From assembly GCA_050230475.1 (NCBI GenBank), contig JBFLGF010000001.1, positions 124,001-188,000 of the forward strand: a DNA stretch of 64,000 bases, written 5' to 3'. Positions within the stretch are counted from its first letter, which is position 1; the number at the start of each line of letters is the position of its first letter. This document shows positions 1 to 12,696 of the stretch, in pieces. The stretch comes from Ancylonema sp. (lineage: Eukaryota). A program made the translations under genes and the position numbers. The notes under the pieces were generated by a model. It did not search any database and had not been told where the DNA came from. It saw only the letters and a program-made list of their open reading frames with translations.

Positions 1-2017
1 CTGCCGTGAACATAGTGGGACTCGGAATGGGGAAGGGGACGCGTTTCAGCAGCAGCTCCCGTGGAGCCGTGAGGAGTTGCGCCACGGGCAGAGGGACGGA
101 GAGGATATGTGGCACCTCGCGGATGGTCTCAAACATGAGAAGAGCCTGGAAGAGGAGGTGGGGGGGCGGGGGGGTTCAGGGGAGGGTGGGGGGGGTGGGG
201 TTAGGGGGAGGGACAGGTGCTCGGCGGGCAGTGGGTGTTTTACCAGTTCCCTCATTGACATGATGTCAGGACCCCCTAGTTCGTAGGTGAGGCCACAGCT
301 GCGACCGTCGTCTAACGCGGCAGCCATCACTGCAGACGCAACGTCAGACACGTGGACGGGCTGGAGCCTGCCAGGTGGCAAGCAGCAAAGAGCGGATCAG
401 GTGACAAGAACGGAGGGGATGCTTACAGGGACGTGGGGAGGGGACGAGGAGTAAGGATCACTTACAGCGCGGATCCTCCATTGATGAGAGGCACTGCCGC
501 GATTTTCTTAGCCACAATGGCCCACGAGTTGAGGAGGCGGTCTTCCGTCCCCACCAACTCTGCGCTGCGCAGAATGGTGGCCTGAACCCCAAACCCGACG
601 ACCCCAGGAGTGAGTGACGGGACAGCTGTCACCCTGCCAACCCCATCTCCATCTGGTCCACCCGTACCTGGGGGAAGGCTTTAAGGGTGGCCGCCTCGCC
701 AGCTGCCTTGGTGCGGTGCTGCTTGGAGGGGGCGGTGGGGGAGGCGCCTAGGCAGGAGAGGTGGATGAGTCGTGCAATGTCTCCGTGGGCGGAAGCAGCC
801 TTGGCAATGCGCTCGGCGGCGCTCACGTTGATGTCCTCGAAACTGAAATTGCGAGTCTCGAAATCCCGACCTGCATGCAGACGGAGCCCAGCTCTTTTTG
901 GTCACTGCTTTTTTATCCGGCCATGCGATTTGTGAGACAGAGCAGAGGGGTCATACCGAGGAGGTTGATGACTACGTTTGATTTCGCCATTGCTTTGGCG
1001 ATGGACTCCTCGTCTCTGATGTCAAACCGCATAGAAACAACCTGTGAGGGAAAGAGGAGTGTCTGACGTCAGGATCGACTTCAGCTACCAGTCTGCCTCG
1101 TCATCATCCGCTGGCAGAGCCTCTGTTGGGAAGCTAAGCCCAAACGAAGCCCTTCTTCAGCCCGCTGGAATGGCAAGTCGTTGCCTCGAACACAAAAAAT
1201 AACAATAAACTAGACCTTTCGAATGGGTGTGACTGGTCCATATAATACTATGCTGATTGATAGGAACTGGTGCTGACCTGGCCAAGGTCCCCCATGAGTT
1301 TGAGGTGGCGCTGGTCATCCTCCAGACAGCGATAAGGCACAATCACTTGAGACCCGGAACGAGCTGAAACAGCGACGAGAGTGCTGTCAGAAGACGGACA
1401 CGGCAGACTGGCATCTTCATGTCTCTTACCGAGGAGCTGTACCACGTAGCGCCCAAGAAAGCCAGTCGCTCCAAAGACTGTGGCAGTGACACCACTGTCC
1501 ACATCCCCCGGGGACACCACCATTTCTCAATATTCGGATACAGACCGTGACACGTGCCAGTGCTATATTTTGTGAAGTCTTGCAATCATTCTCAGCAGCA
1601 GAGCGAGCACCTGATAGAAGATCGGCCACCGGGCCCCTTTGCAGTAACACTGCCACGGACTGCTAGTGACGAAACACTTCGTTGCCCTGTAACGAGGAAA
1701 TTGACAGCCTACTATGAAATCGTTGAAGAATAAACACGAGGTTGTGGATTAGAGAAGCGGCCGTTCCCCTTGATGAAGACATGCATAGCGATCTTTCTAC
1801 GAGCTACTTGACGACGTAAGTGCAACTGCTTTCGATGTATTCTACCCATTCTACCCATCAACGGATTTTTCTGCACTCACGCTCATCAGTATTGTTGCTG
1901 CCTCCTGCTGCACTGACTAAAGGCGAGAAAATGCTCACCACTAACGTCATTGTCTGGCAAAAATAGACCACAGCCTCGTCTTAGACTCTGCTGCACTGCT
2001 CTCCGACGTGCGAGCAT
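1..2017 (-). CDS. NDUFA9: NADH:ubiquinone oxidoreductase 39 kDa subunit (complex I, NDUFA9), multi-exon, 3' end at or beyond the left edge
   Basis: Exons 2017-1939 ([15 protein letters not shown], presequence-like), 1686-1611 ([10 protein letters not shown]), 1494-1430 ([18 protein letters not shown]), 1363-1278 ([19 protein letters not shown]) and 1041-957 (SNVVINLLG). Later exons contain [23 protein letters not shown] and TYELGGP. GT-AG phases are compatible. Confidence 0.93.
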
Positions 2018-2816
2018 GACTGCACTAGACACTATACGCAGTCACACCCTGTGTACGACGTAAACAGGAACACAACTCCAGAACTCTCCTGGGCGAAAAG
2101 TAAACTGCAAAATTATTGAAGTCGGCTATCATCTAAAGTTGCATAGTTTGTGATCGCACAGCGGGGGCGCAATAGGGCCTGCTAGGGGAGAAACCGATGT
2201 GGCTCCTCTCTCTGACACCTCGCTTGAAGCCAGTAGCGGAAACAGGTCCTCTGTTTCCCTCTTATCATTTTTCAGGTTTTGCCCACTGTTTGGTTCGTGG
2301 ATCTAGTCCACGGGGAAATAGCGACTCCCACCCGCTAAATCGAATGTGGTTCTGCAATGCGGGTACGGGATGGTTTGTACAGTTTGAACTGCACGAATGA
2401 TTGGCTGGTTGGAGTCGAGTACCGGTATACCGGTATATCGAGAGTTGGCCAAAGTTGTTCCTTCTCCCGTTCTAGTTGGGAGGCGAATTTTGCGAATTTT
2501 GCCTCCAAAAGAGCTCAACAATGGAGACTGCTGATATTCACTGAAGATTCTTCAGGGCAAAGAGCGTCGGTGACTTCGGTGACAGCTGACTCCAGGCGTG
2601 AGCGAAAGAAATCAAAGAAGCTTCTACTCCGTGGAAAGTATGTGTCCATACTGGTGAAGTTGTGCATGGTACCGGATCAGGGGCGGAGCGAATCCGGCGA
2701 CATGGCAGCTGGAAAACTGGATGCTGTTTGGCCCGATGATATCTTAGATGTTATCTTAACTCGCACAGTCGTACATTGCACAGGAAGAATTTAAGAATCC
2801 ATTAAATTGCACAATA

Positions 2817-5800
2817 ATGCCCATAGGGGGGCCCCAACGCCCCGGAGTAGGAGGTTCAGTCGTCTCCTCCGGCCCTCCTTCAGCCCAAGTAGGGCCTGGG
2901 CTACTTATTCGGGGTCCGTACGATGCTCCAGACGAAGTAGAGCGGATGCTGACGCACGCAAGTGGCGCAATCGCACAGTGCCTAGCCGGGGGCGTGGAAA
3001 GTGAAATCAATAGCTTTTTGCAAGAGAAAGCCGCATCAGGACCCCTTCAGCATGCGGAAGTTATCAACGGCTTGATTTTCAACATCCTGACAGAGTCCGT
3101 CCCTCCAGCTCAGCTTATCTCTTACATGCAATTGGTGACCCGGGACAAGTATACGGGTTGCCTTCTCGTCCTTCAAAGGGTAGTTGCTGAGAAATGGACC
3201 AAGCTCGCGGACGGTGTGGTGGGGAAGGTGCTGTGGATGCTCGAGCAGCTCATCGGGCTCGGGGTGCCGGAAACGGAGGGGCTCCTCTTCTGCCTCCTCC
3301 GCCAGATCGCGGGTGGGGATGTCACTCCTCCAAATCTCTGGCTGGCCAATGCAATGCTGGAGCTGCTGACTAGACATCGCAGCTGGCTCTACACGTGTCC
3401 TGGCAGCGTTGGCCTCGCTGTCTTCACCTACCTTCGCCTCATTCCAGATCATTCTGGAAGGAAGGTACAGGAGCTTCGGCAGAGGGAAGCAGCTTTCTGC
3501 TGTCAGACGCTGAGGGAGCGGCTGGAGGATTGTCTGGCAGTTGGGCGGGATCTGGTGCGGGTGCTGCAGGAGGCCACAGCTGTCCCGGAGCTAGATAGGA
3601 TATGGAAGGATCTGCACTCCGCGCCCGCAGTGTTTGGGGTCCCCGACTTTTCAGACATCAGTCAGCTGTACTGTGTCAGAACTCCGTCCCGCTACATCAC
3701 CTCCCGGGTAACCCCAGAAATGGAGACCCAGATCCGGTTCCTGTTGACTCACGTGCGGATGGGGAACCAGCGGCGGTATCAGACATGGTTCTCTCACCGA
3801 GTCCTGGCAGGCCCTGAGAGTGAGACCCTGGTTCCGGATCTCCTCCGATTCGTTTGCTGCGTAGTCCACCCGACCAATCAGATCCTTTCCTCTGACGTGG
3901 TCCCCCGCTGGGCCATTGTCGGCTGGCTGCTCAAGTGCTGCAAATCCCAGCTGGCGGATGCGTCTGCCAAGCTGGCGGTGTTCTACGATTGGCTCTTCTT
4001 CCAGGACACGTGTGACAACATCATGAACATCGAGCCTGCCGTACTGCTCATGGTGCACAGCATCCCAAAGTACGCCGACATCACCAACGCCCTCCTCCAC
4101 TGCCTCTTCCACCTCCTGGACACGTACGACCCCCCCCGGAGAGAGCTCCTTTTCCGAGGGGTCACCACCTCCCTCTCTGTTCTCACCACCAAGGGGGTGG
4201 TGAACTCGCTAGAGGGGCTGGTCGCCACCCCCCTCATACGCCCCCCCCTAGTAGACAAACTCCGCTCCTACTTCCCCGCCTTCTGCAACTCCCCCCCCCA
4301 CTCTGACGCGTGGCCCGCTTCTGGCAGAGGGGCTGCAGAGGGTGGGGAGGGGGACAGGGGGGTGGGGAGGGTGGAGGAGCGCGACGTGGAGGGGCGGTCC
4401 AAAAGGAAACGGGCGGCAGAGCAGCGGGAGGAGCTGCAGGGCGAGCTGAAAGTGCATTTCGAGATACTCAAGGCGTCGGTCGCGGGTTCCCAGGAGAAAG
4501 CAGCAGAGGCGCTGGAGCACCTGATTGTGTTTGTGACGTCCTCGGAAGAAGGGCTGTGGGGGGGGAAGGTGATGCGGACAGCGGGGCATGGGGATGTGTC
4601 TCGCCAGACCACAACCGCACATATCAGTTTAGAGGAGCAAACCGCCCTTGCCAACCAGATAAGGGAGGTGGTGGCAGAGGGGGGGTACCACCTCTGCTCC
4701 CCCCTCCGCAAGATGCCCTCCCAGGAGCTGAGCCCGGACGAGACGGGCTCGCTGACCTCCATCCTCCTCCGCCTCTACGTCATCAACCGCCACCCGCTGC
4801 TGCGGTCCATGTTGCTGACGTGGCAGGGAGCGGGGTGTAACGTCAGCGCGCGTCTGCTCTGCTACGTGGCGCGGTTGGGGGAGGAGTTGGAGATGGCGGA
4901 GAGTAGGGAGGATGGGGAAGGGGAGGGGGAGGGGGAGCAGTCTCAGGAGGAGGAGGCTGTGGCGGCTGCCTTTGAGGCGTACCACCAACTGCAGGGGGAG
5001 GGGAGGGAGAAGGAAGGGTTGGAGGCAGACTTGGGGACCTGTCTGGTTTGGAACACCTACAGATTCCTGCGCCTCCTCCCACTCGTTTTCCGCTACCTCC
5101 CCCACCTCGCGGGTGGCAGCGTGAACATCATACAGATGCTGGTGGGGGTGGGGGATCCCGTGGAATTAGCGAGTATGGAGACCAGTCTGGCTGCTGGCGA
5201 CTACTGTATGGGGAGGTGGGGGGGGGGGGCGGACCCGGACGAGGCCTGCTGCCGCCTGGTAGAGGCCTCCCTGGAATGGGACAGCTATGAGCCAGGGGCG
5301 GGTGTGGCAGCGGGTGAGGGCGGCATCTGTGGGGTGGACCACAGCATCCCTGTGTTTCCTCCTGGAGAGACTCGTGGGGGCGTGCAAAAAACGGGGGCTG
5401 TTGCCGGAGGCCCTGACGGGAAGTGCCGCTTGTGTTTCGGGCCGCCCCCCGGACGCGGGTCTGGTGGCAGCGGTGTTAGGGATGCCCCCCGTTTGCGGGA
5501 GGGTACGGGTGGCCATTTATCACGTGGGACCTCCCTCCACCCGGCGGCGCTTTGCACGTGTCTAAGGGCGGAGGCAAAGAGAAGAGAAGGAGGAGAAGGA
5601 GAGAGAGGGAAGCAGGGTGGGGGCAGGACCGGGGAGAGGATGGATGGGGTGGGGGGATTGGATGCGGTAGTGGGAGAAGTAAATGAAGCGGTTGAGGCGA
5701 AGGCAGAAGCAATGCGAAGGAGACGCGTCCACGCGGCAACTGATGTCGGCATTAGTGCAATACACGAGGACGCTTCTGTGAAACTTCTAGTCACGTTGTA

Positions 5801-5819
5801 CAGGCCCCACAGTGGGTAG
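2817..5819 (+). CDS. INTS3: Integrator complex subunit 3 (SOSS-A) homolog, apparently intronless; frameshift(s) near the 3' end
   Basis: 1000-aa ORF with INTS3 motifs LLRQIAGGD, VFTYLRLI, RYQTWF, DLLRFVCCVVHPTNQILSSDVVPRWAIVGWLL, AKLAVFYDWLFF and NIMNIEPA. Homology moves to another frame after SLEWDSYE (~5291). Confidence 0.9.
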   Translation: MPIGGPQRPGVGGSVVSSGPPSAQVGPGLLIRGPYDAPDEVERMLTHASGAIAQCLAGGVESEINSFLQEKAASGPLQHAEVINGLIFNILTESVPPAQLISYMQLVTRDKYTGCLLVLQRVVAEKWTKLADGVVGKVLWMLEQLIGLGVPETEGLLFCLLRQIAGGDVTPPNLWLANAMLELLTRHRSWLYTCPGSVGLAVFTYLRLIPDHSGRKVQELRQREAAFCCQTLRERLEDCLAVGRDLVRVLQEATAVPELDRIWKDLHSAPAVFGVPDFSDISQLYCVRTPSRYITSRVTPEMETQIRFLLTHVRMGNQRRYQTWFSHRVLAGPESETLVPDLLRFVCCVVHPTNQILSSDVVPRWAIVGWLLKCCKSQLADASAKLAVFYDWLFFQDTCDNIMNIEPAVLLMVHSIPKYADITNALLHCLFHLLDTYDPPRRELLFRGVTTSLSVLTTKGVVNSLEGLVATPLIRPPLVDKLRSYFPAFCNSPPHSDAWPASGRGAAEGGEGDRGVGRVEERDVEGRSKRKRAAEQREELQGELKVHFEILKASVAGSQEKAAEALEHLIVFVTSSEEGLWGGKVMRTAGHGDVSRQTTTAHISLEEQTALANQIREVVAEGGYHLCSPLRKMPSQELSPDETGSLTSILLRLYVINRHPLLRSMLLTWQGAGCNVSARLLCYVARLGEELEMAESREDGEGEGEGEQSQEEEAVAAAFEAYHQLQGEGREKEGLEADLGTCLVWNTYRFLRLLPLVFRYLPHLAGGSVNIIQMLVGVGDPVELASMETSLAAGDYCMGRWGGGADPDEACCRLVEASLEWDSYEPGAGVAAGEGGICGVDHSIPVFPPGETRGGVQKTGAVAGGPDGKCRLCFGPPPGRGSGGSGVRDAPRLREGTGGHLSRGTSLHPAALCTCLRAEAKRREGGEGERGKQGGGRTGERMDGVGGLDAVVGEVNEAVEAKAEAMRRRRVHAATDVGISAIHEDASVKLLVTLYRPHSG

Positions 5820-6270
5820 ATTCTGACATTATGGCTTGTAGACAATAGATTGATTTTGACAACCTTGGTGCTTGGATCAAGTCCTCTAATGTAGATGGCA
5901 CCTCTTCACCAAATGTGTAAATTTGCAATTTTATGTAACTGTAGGCTTGGCGCGGTGCACCATAGTGGTGAGAGGAAATCCCGCGCTGTCAAATAAGTAC
6001 ATACAAGTCAACTCGCTTTTAAATCACACCATTTGTTGGGCCATTTCCGTGATGTATGTTGATGCTCTACTGTGCAGATTGTCGTGACATGCATGGGAAA
6101 CTAGGTCACTGTGATATCTAGGAGGTCAATGAAAGGTGACCGGGCTGATTGTCATCGTATTGGTATGGACGGGCCACAAAAAAAGAAAACATCATCAAGC
6201 TTATATTTCAAGCGTTTTTAAGTTTCAAGATATGGTAGGCCTTGCTACTCCAGATTCCGTCCCTGCTAAC

Positions 6271-8015
6271 CAAACTTGCACGGACCGGGGTTCTGAGGTC
6301 CCATTTGGGCTCATATGGCGGATTGGCAGTAGTAGGGTTCTTGTAATTTATATGTAGAAGCTTAAAAACATATCCCTTGGAAGAACTATCACGCTAATCA
6401 TTTCATGTTGTGAATTGTGCGAAATGCAAATAAAAAATGTATACCCCCAAAATCTTAGTTGGCCCCGAATATTTCCAGGGTTCTTCGAACATTTCCGGAA
6501 TATTTCGGACATGTCCGGGACACGACCCGGACGAGGACACCCGTGTAGAAACAACTTGCTATGAAAACGACTGGGCGAGTAATGTAAGGATGTATGTAAG
6601 CAAGTCCTTCGTACGAATCAAATATTTGACAAGTGTCATGTCATGGGAACCCCCACACTTGTGTCTCTAAACTCTTTTGAGGTACATGTAAACAATTGGG
6701 GGGGGGGGGGGAGGGGAGCAACTTGGCCCTGAACACGTCCGAAATTCCCTAGTGACTGGGACAACTGGTGTCTTACCCAAATGCGGGTCTTGTCTTGGAC
6801 AAAGTTTTCCGGGACCCAACTACAGTAAACCCTTGATATAGTGACAATTTTATAGACAGTGGAAAATGTCACTATATCGAATGCCAGGGGTGTCACTATA
6901 CACTATATAGTGACATTTGATAGTTCGACATTGAGCCAATGTCACTATATCGAAGGAAAGTGAATTTTAGGTTATTTTGAGCGACCAGATCTGGTGCGCA
7001 GAGGTTTTTATTGAAGAAGGTAGGTCATCCATATAGCGTTTGTTCTAATATCCACTGGCTACAATAAAACCTCTTCGATGTTATAATGCCAGGCTCGGTA
7101 TAAAATATTAATTCAGACAGGTCGTTAATTTATTATTATTTATTTTCTATTAGATTTGGAAGGTTATTAAGTTTCACAACGTTAATTTAGACAAGTTTTG
7201 CTCTATAGTGACATCTCAATAGTAAAAACTGGGAAAATTTGGTCACTATAACGTGTGTCACTATAGCGATTGTCACTGTAACGAGTGGGTTTTTATATAG
7301 GATTAGAAAAAGGGCAGAAAAAATGTCACTATATCGTGATTGTCACTATATCGAGTGTCACTATATCAAGGGTTTACTGTATGTCAAAGAATCCCTGACA
7401 CGTTCATTTCCCCCGGGAAATTGCCAAGGAGAATCATAACCCGAAACACGGTTCTGGTTATGGTCTTACTACGGTTATAGTTATGGCCTTAACCTTATTA
7501 CGGTTAAGGGCCCGAACCGGTTGGATATATTCTGATTGTTCTTCCCATTGGTAAAAAAAACGCAAAGATATGTAAAGGTTTCACTCATAGGTGCACGAAC
7601 TATCGGTCCGAGTTCCAAGGTCCGCATCTCGGACCGGGTCCGTTCTAGGAGGCTAAAACCTCGGCATGTCAATTGCTCCCCGAAAATTGTTGGGCACAAT
7701 AAAGACCCGATAAGGTTCGCGGTCTGACAAGGTCCCAATTCTGGACCCGGACGGACTGTGGTCCGAGAAGAAAATGGTGCCGATCCGTGCTCCTCTATTT
7801 AAGGGTGGACAATTTGTTTTAAACAATGCACAAGATAAAATAATTTACAGAACAAATATTTCCGGAATTGTTTTACCACACTTAACCTCCAAATATCCTT
7901 AGAACAAACCGAACGTAAACCTTAAGTATCCTACCATTGCCGGTTTGGCAATTTGGATTGAAAGGACGGACCTCGGTCCGGAATCGAGACCTCAAAACTC
8001 TATCCCGCTAGTTTG
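6271..8015. mobile_element. Possible old non-autonomous DNA transposon (hAT-like) hosting the pogo-like MITE
   Basis: Imperfect inverted ends caaacttgcacggaccggggttctgaggtc and revcomp caaactagcgggatagagttttgaggtc, with many internal cgga/ggacc motifs. No TSD found. Confidence 0.3.
6823..7379. mobile_element. Tc1/mariner (pogo-like) MITE, 557 bp
   Basis: Perfect 24-bp TIR cagtaaacccttgatatagtgaca, TA on both flanks (6821-6822, 7380-7381), and many subterminal tgtcactata motifs in both orientations. Confidence 0.9.
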
Positions 8016-8494
8016 TGCACCTACGGGACAAACCTCCTTCGCTATTTTTTTCTTGCAAAACCAAATGCGACCTTTTGGTTTATTGACGGACGCATCTCTT
8101 GGCCATGAGAAGTAATGAAGGCGCTCACACCCTACCATCACTTATGTGGTGGTGGCAGAGTGCAAGTTTGGTTGTTGCTTTCATTAGAAGTAAAATGTTA
8201 TGCTTTTTGCCAAAAAGCTACTTTTGTTACGTTACATCCTGGTATCGTGTCGATCACCCAATGCCAAAATTTGAATCCTCTCTCGCCAAACACAACCAAA
8301 AAACGTTTATTCCATACAAAATATGCTTCCTCTAGGTTTTTGTATCAAGCGACTCCACGACAATAGAGAGGCATCAGTCCCTTGCTCAATCTTCAAGGCA
8401 ATCGCTGAAATGTGCAACAAGTCAATGCGATTCACTACTAAGACATTGAGCAGGAACAACTCCCATGTGACTTGCAAAAGATACCAAATGCGGG

Positions 8495-10915
8495 CATAGT
8501 TGCACGAACCGGCCACTTATTTTTTGGAACCGATTCCTAGATGAAACCGGTTCGGAATCGGGCGAACCGGGTGACTTTTAGGGTCTTCTCTTTTCCGCGA
8601 AAATATATATTTCACAAGCGAAAAAAACACGGGGGGGTGTTAGTTTTTGGGTCTGTGAACTTTTGTCGGTATATCGATTTTCGGGCTTGTTTGGAAGTTT
8701 TTGGTTTTGTCGATTTTGTCGTTTTGCCCATCGATATGATTACAATATTAGCCTTTGGCCATCCAGCAGTTTGTCGATAAGTTTGGATGATCTGGCACAA
8801 TACTTGAATACGATTGGTGTTGACTAATAGTTCAGATCACTAGAGATCTTTGACCAGGAGGGGGCATGGATCACACTTGATTGTACTCAGTCAGGGCTTC
8901 CACGCAGATTTTTGTAATCAATCAATCTATCTCAAACTTGCACTTTTGGTGTGTTTGTTTGTTAAGTTGTGAATGTTTGTTTCAAAAGTGTGAAGACTGT
9001 TACTTCTTGCATCGATGGCACAAGATAACAGCAACAGTGGTACTAGAGCAAGGTACTACATTTTAGATGGAGACAAAGTTTCTTTCCAACCTTGGCGATC
9101 TAAGGCACCTGCAACACTCGATGACGCAGATTGTCTTGAGATCTGCAAGGGAATAGAAACAGAAGCAGAGGAAGTTTATCCAACATATGATGACGAGCAC
9201 TGGATCACAAACCAGGATGAGATGGATCAATACACAGAAGACATCAGAAGCTTTCGAAAGCGATCTAAGAAAGTTGTGATGCTGCTTATGGGACTTGTGA
9301 GTGAGGACATAGCTACAGCTCTTGAGGAGTATGAGAGAAAACCTGCATAAATGTGGAAGTACCTGAAGGAAGAATACGACACAGTGACTCTAGAGCTTAA
9401 GCAACTTGCTAAGCAGCACCTGGATTCTTTCAAAGTCAATTAAAAGCTACCAATCCGAGACATCATAAGAGACTTTTTATCGATCATCAGAGCCTGCACA
9501 CACCAGAAGCACAAAGCCAGCGAGGAGGATCAAGTAATGGCGTTGTTCGCAGGGATGTCGAGAACTAAGTACGGAATGCTTAAAAGGCTATACTTCGGTC
9601 AAGAAGAGGCTCCCGGAATCAGCTGGGTTGGGGCACAAATGGGTGTCGATGAACTTGACGATCAGAAAGAGCATGGTGAAAGAGATGCTGAAGCACTTGT
9701 TGCATAAGCAAACTATACAAAGTGGAATGCAAAACATACTTTTTCAAATCTAGGCAAAGGTGGAGGCATCAGTAGAGGTGGTGGCAAAGGTGTTGGCAAG
9801 GGAGATTACAGTGGAAATCGAGGAAACAGATTTGATCGTGGTGGTGGAGGAGGAAGAGGTGCGGGAGGTGGTCATTCTTGTTATACGTGCGCTCGTACAA
9901 GTCATTTCAGGAGAGACTGTCCGAGAAAAGATGACACTTGTGACTACTGTGGTGCGATCGGACACATTGAATTTACCTGTTTCGAGAAGAAGAATCAAGC
10001 TCCCTGAATGCAGCGCAAGAATCAGCAGATAGGTCGAAAATCTGCACATGTGAGCGAGATTGATGAGGGAGGTGACTCTGGACATGGCGAAATGGTGGTC
10101 GGAGAAATCTGTGAAGGGCGTGTTGGTGAAGGAGATGAGGAGAGAGAATTTATGTGGGATGTTGTCCGGTAATGCATGATGCATTTATAGAGAGAAATCT
10201 GAAAATATAATTTTGATTAGACGGATAGCATCTTCAAAATGATTTTTGTTTTTTTAAATGTTAAGAGCATAACGTGAGAATATTAGTTTAGAGAAGTACG
10301 AGTTTGAATGGTAGGGGAATATTGCACTACAACAGGTTAATATCACCACATAAATATCGTATTGAACTCTGAGCAATGAACTTGAAGGAACGCAATAGTA
10401 AAAATGGAAGAACGATACAACAAGTGGCCATAAAAATACAATTAACGCAATATCTTAACATTTTCATACCAGTATAATACCTTCATGGAAATGAGGAGAA
10501 ACATATTGAAAGAAGCCGAGTGAGGAAAGATATGTAGAACAGAGATGAGCATAGGATGATTATTCCAAGATATCACAATTTCATTGAATTACTTGTACAT
10601 GATTCGAAACACACTTTGCAGAGAAGCGAGCAAAACAAACAAATTAACCATAAATAATAAGGATGTACTCATGCCGGAAATCGTTTTGAGTTTTTTTACA
10701 ATGGATGTCATTTGTGTGATATTTTTGCTGGATAGAGCATGACGAGCTACCCAAAAAAAAAACTAGTTTTCGATTTTCCCATACCATGTAACCCCTCAAC
10801 ATGGCGTGTAAATGAAAAATCCCTAAATCCTCCGGTTCCGACCTTCGGCCACTTTTGTCGGAACCGGTTCCATCTAAGATCCGGTTCGGAACGGATTGGA
10901 GTCCGTGCAACTATG
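8495..10915. mobile_element. Non-autonomous hAT-type element containing a Copia gag fragment
   Basis: 12-bp TIR catagttgcacg/cgtgcaactatg, 8-bp flanks aatgcggg and tttgcggg (6/8), subterminal accggttc motifs. Confidence 0.75.
9015..10170 (+). pseudogene. Degenerate Ty1/Copia gag
   Basis: LDGDKVSFQPW N-terminus, PA*MWKYLKEEYD segment, Gly/Arg-rich linker, two zinc knuckles (CYTCARTSHFRRDC, CDYCGAIGHIEFTC) and several stops. Same layout as the gag at 33400-34400. Confidence 0.8.
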
Positions 10916-11087
10916 TTTGCGGGGCTAGTGCTGATTTCTCATCCCAAAATTTCTTAGTACGAACCAAAAGGGTAAAAGGAAGCCCCGCTTTTGTTAGTCG
11001 AAAGTTCAATTTCAAAATCTTTCGAGACGACAACCCACTATGTACAAATGCAGCCGCCGCCACAACCTCTTCAACTTGGAAGTCGTC

Positions 11088-12696
11088 TCATGTAAGGACC
11101 GCAAGAGCTATCGCAAGCAGGGCACCGAGAGTGATGTTGAGCACATTCACAACATCATTGTTCAGCTGCAACACAAGGGGAAAATGCAAAGGTGGGATGA
11201 GATGATTCCGTAACCTCTTCCCCCAAAACTCCACCAACTTCCTACCCCCCCACCCCCCCCCCCCTACCCACTCAAGTCCTGGCCGCCCTTGCAGAGTCGC
11301 CCCCAGCAGACTTTCCGCATAGTTTGCCACCTGGCTGGCCAAAAGGCACAGCGCAGCGCCCCTTCCGTCGACCTGAACCCCAACCCCAAAGAGTACCCAT
11401 TTTAATGTCCGAGTCTGCTCCCCAGGTGCCCTGTGGTAGCCTTTGTGGATCCTACCAGGTTGAGGCCGACAGCTAACGCAGCCAAGAGGGCGGACGCACA
11501 CAGACCCGCCACCGTCCCCTCGAGACTCACGGCACCCTCGGTCCCCCGAGGAACGGAAGCAAAAGTGGTGGCAAGATATCTGGGGGAGCACACGAGGGGC
11601 GCATGTTATAGTGGAGGGAAATTGTAAGGGGACACACTCAGAATCCATTTCGCCCTGCCCACCTACGTGGTTCGCCCAAAGGCCTTGCCAATCTCTGACG
11701 CTGATGTGTCGCTGAGCTTGGTGCAGAAGCTGGCCACGAAGCCGAGTCGGAGCAGTGCGAGTGGCAGTGGAGTGTGTTCCAAACTGGCGAGCAGTGCACA
11801 TGCTAGACCGGCAGAACCTGAACCCCAACCGCTGCCAGGACCCCGACGGCCGCTTCGCTTTTCCGCAATCCCTTCCGCTTCTTTCTGCTTCAGGCGGACC
11901 TTCGTCACTGCCGAACCCTGAAATGGAATAGTACGTCATCACTGCCTCGTATCTGGCCCTGCCAAAACTTTATGGTGGGACCGTCGTTGGGCCTGAGCTC
12001 CGATATCGAGATTATCATCTAGCACATGTAAAACTCCTGGTTCGCACTGTCCAATAAAATTGGAACCGTCATATTCTAGCTCCAAACTTTAGAAGTTGGC
12101 AAGGAACCGAACGCATTCTAGAGCCCCTTTTTTAGCCCAGCTTTCTTGTTTCGAAATGCAGAAGTGTGAAAGCACATGCTGGCAATAAGTAAAAGCAGGC
12201 GGCGACCACAAGGAAGAGCTTCTCCTGAACTTGCCAGAAGGAAGTAAACTATGACGATAGCCAACCCATTGGCGCCAAACGCTCGCCATGTGACTGCTCC
12301 AAGAAGGAATGCGGCTCCGACAGCGGGGACAGTCAAGCCGGCCAGCAGCAAGGGCGCACCCAGAACAAATACGACCAGCATCGCCTGGAAAGATGATCCC
12401 CAGGTGGGAGGCTGGACTTGGAAGGCACTTATAAGGGGCTGCACCAGGTCCCCGAGAGAAGCCCTAGCATGAATTCGACGTCGAGAGCTCCTGCAGTGAA
12501 TATTATCACTTTTAGTGTCATGTGGGTAGAAGACATGTGCTGTTTTTTGGTTTCTCTCTCCAAATTGTCGACTCGCTGTTCTCGGTAAGTTCCGGTACGA
12601 GAAGAAGCTGCGGGAATGAAGAACCGTGGGTATGGATGAACAGGTGGAAGCCCGAGACAAATATGGCCTTGATAGTGCTCCACGAATAGTCTCCAT
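11088..12696 (-). CDS. VTE6: Chloroplast phytyl-phosphate kinase VTE6 (DUF92 membrane protein), 5 exons
   Basis: Exons 12696-12235, 11917-11667, 11579-11456, 11372-11268 and 11165-11088. Transit-peptide-like N-terminus, AAFLLG..WRAFG, EGIAEKRSGRRGPGS, GFVASFCTKLSDTSASEIGKAFG, VPRGTEGAVSLEGT, LNNDVVNVLNI. The first intron needs a GC donor. Confidence 0.92.

Noticed and set aside
1426..1656. ORF-track start MAVLLQRG as the NDUFA9 N-terminus
   Set aside because: GTG start in the wrong frame; the spliced frame gives [10 protein letters not shown] with ATG at 2017.
3036..5845. Numerous antisense and alternate-frame ORFs over INTS3 and the other GC-rich genes
   Set aside because: Expected shadow ORFs of GC-rich coding DNA with no recognisable motifs, except 5287-5565 as noted.
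6268..8173. 14-bp inverted match aaccaaacttgcac / gtgcaagtttggtt as a TIR pair
   Set aside because: No TSD or subterminal support; the end near 8015 fits better.
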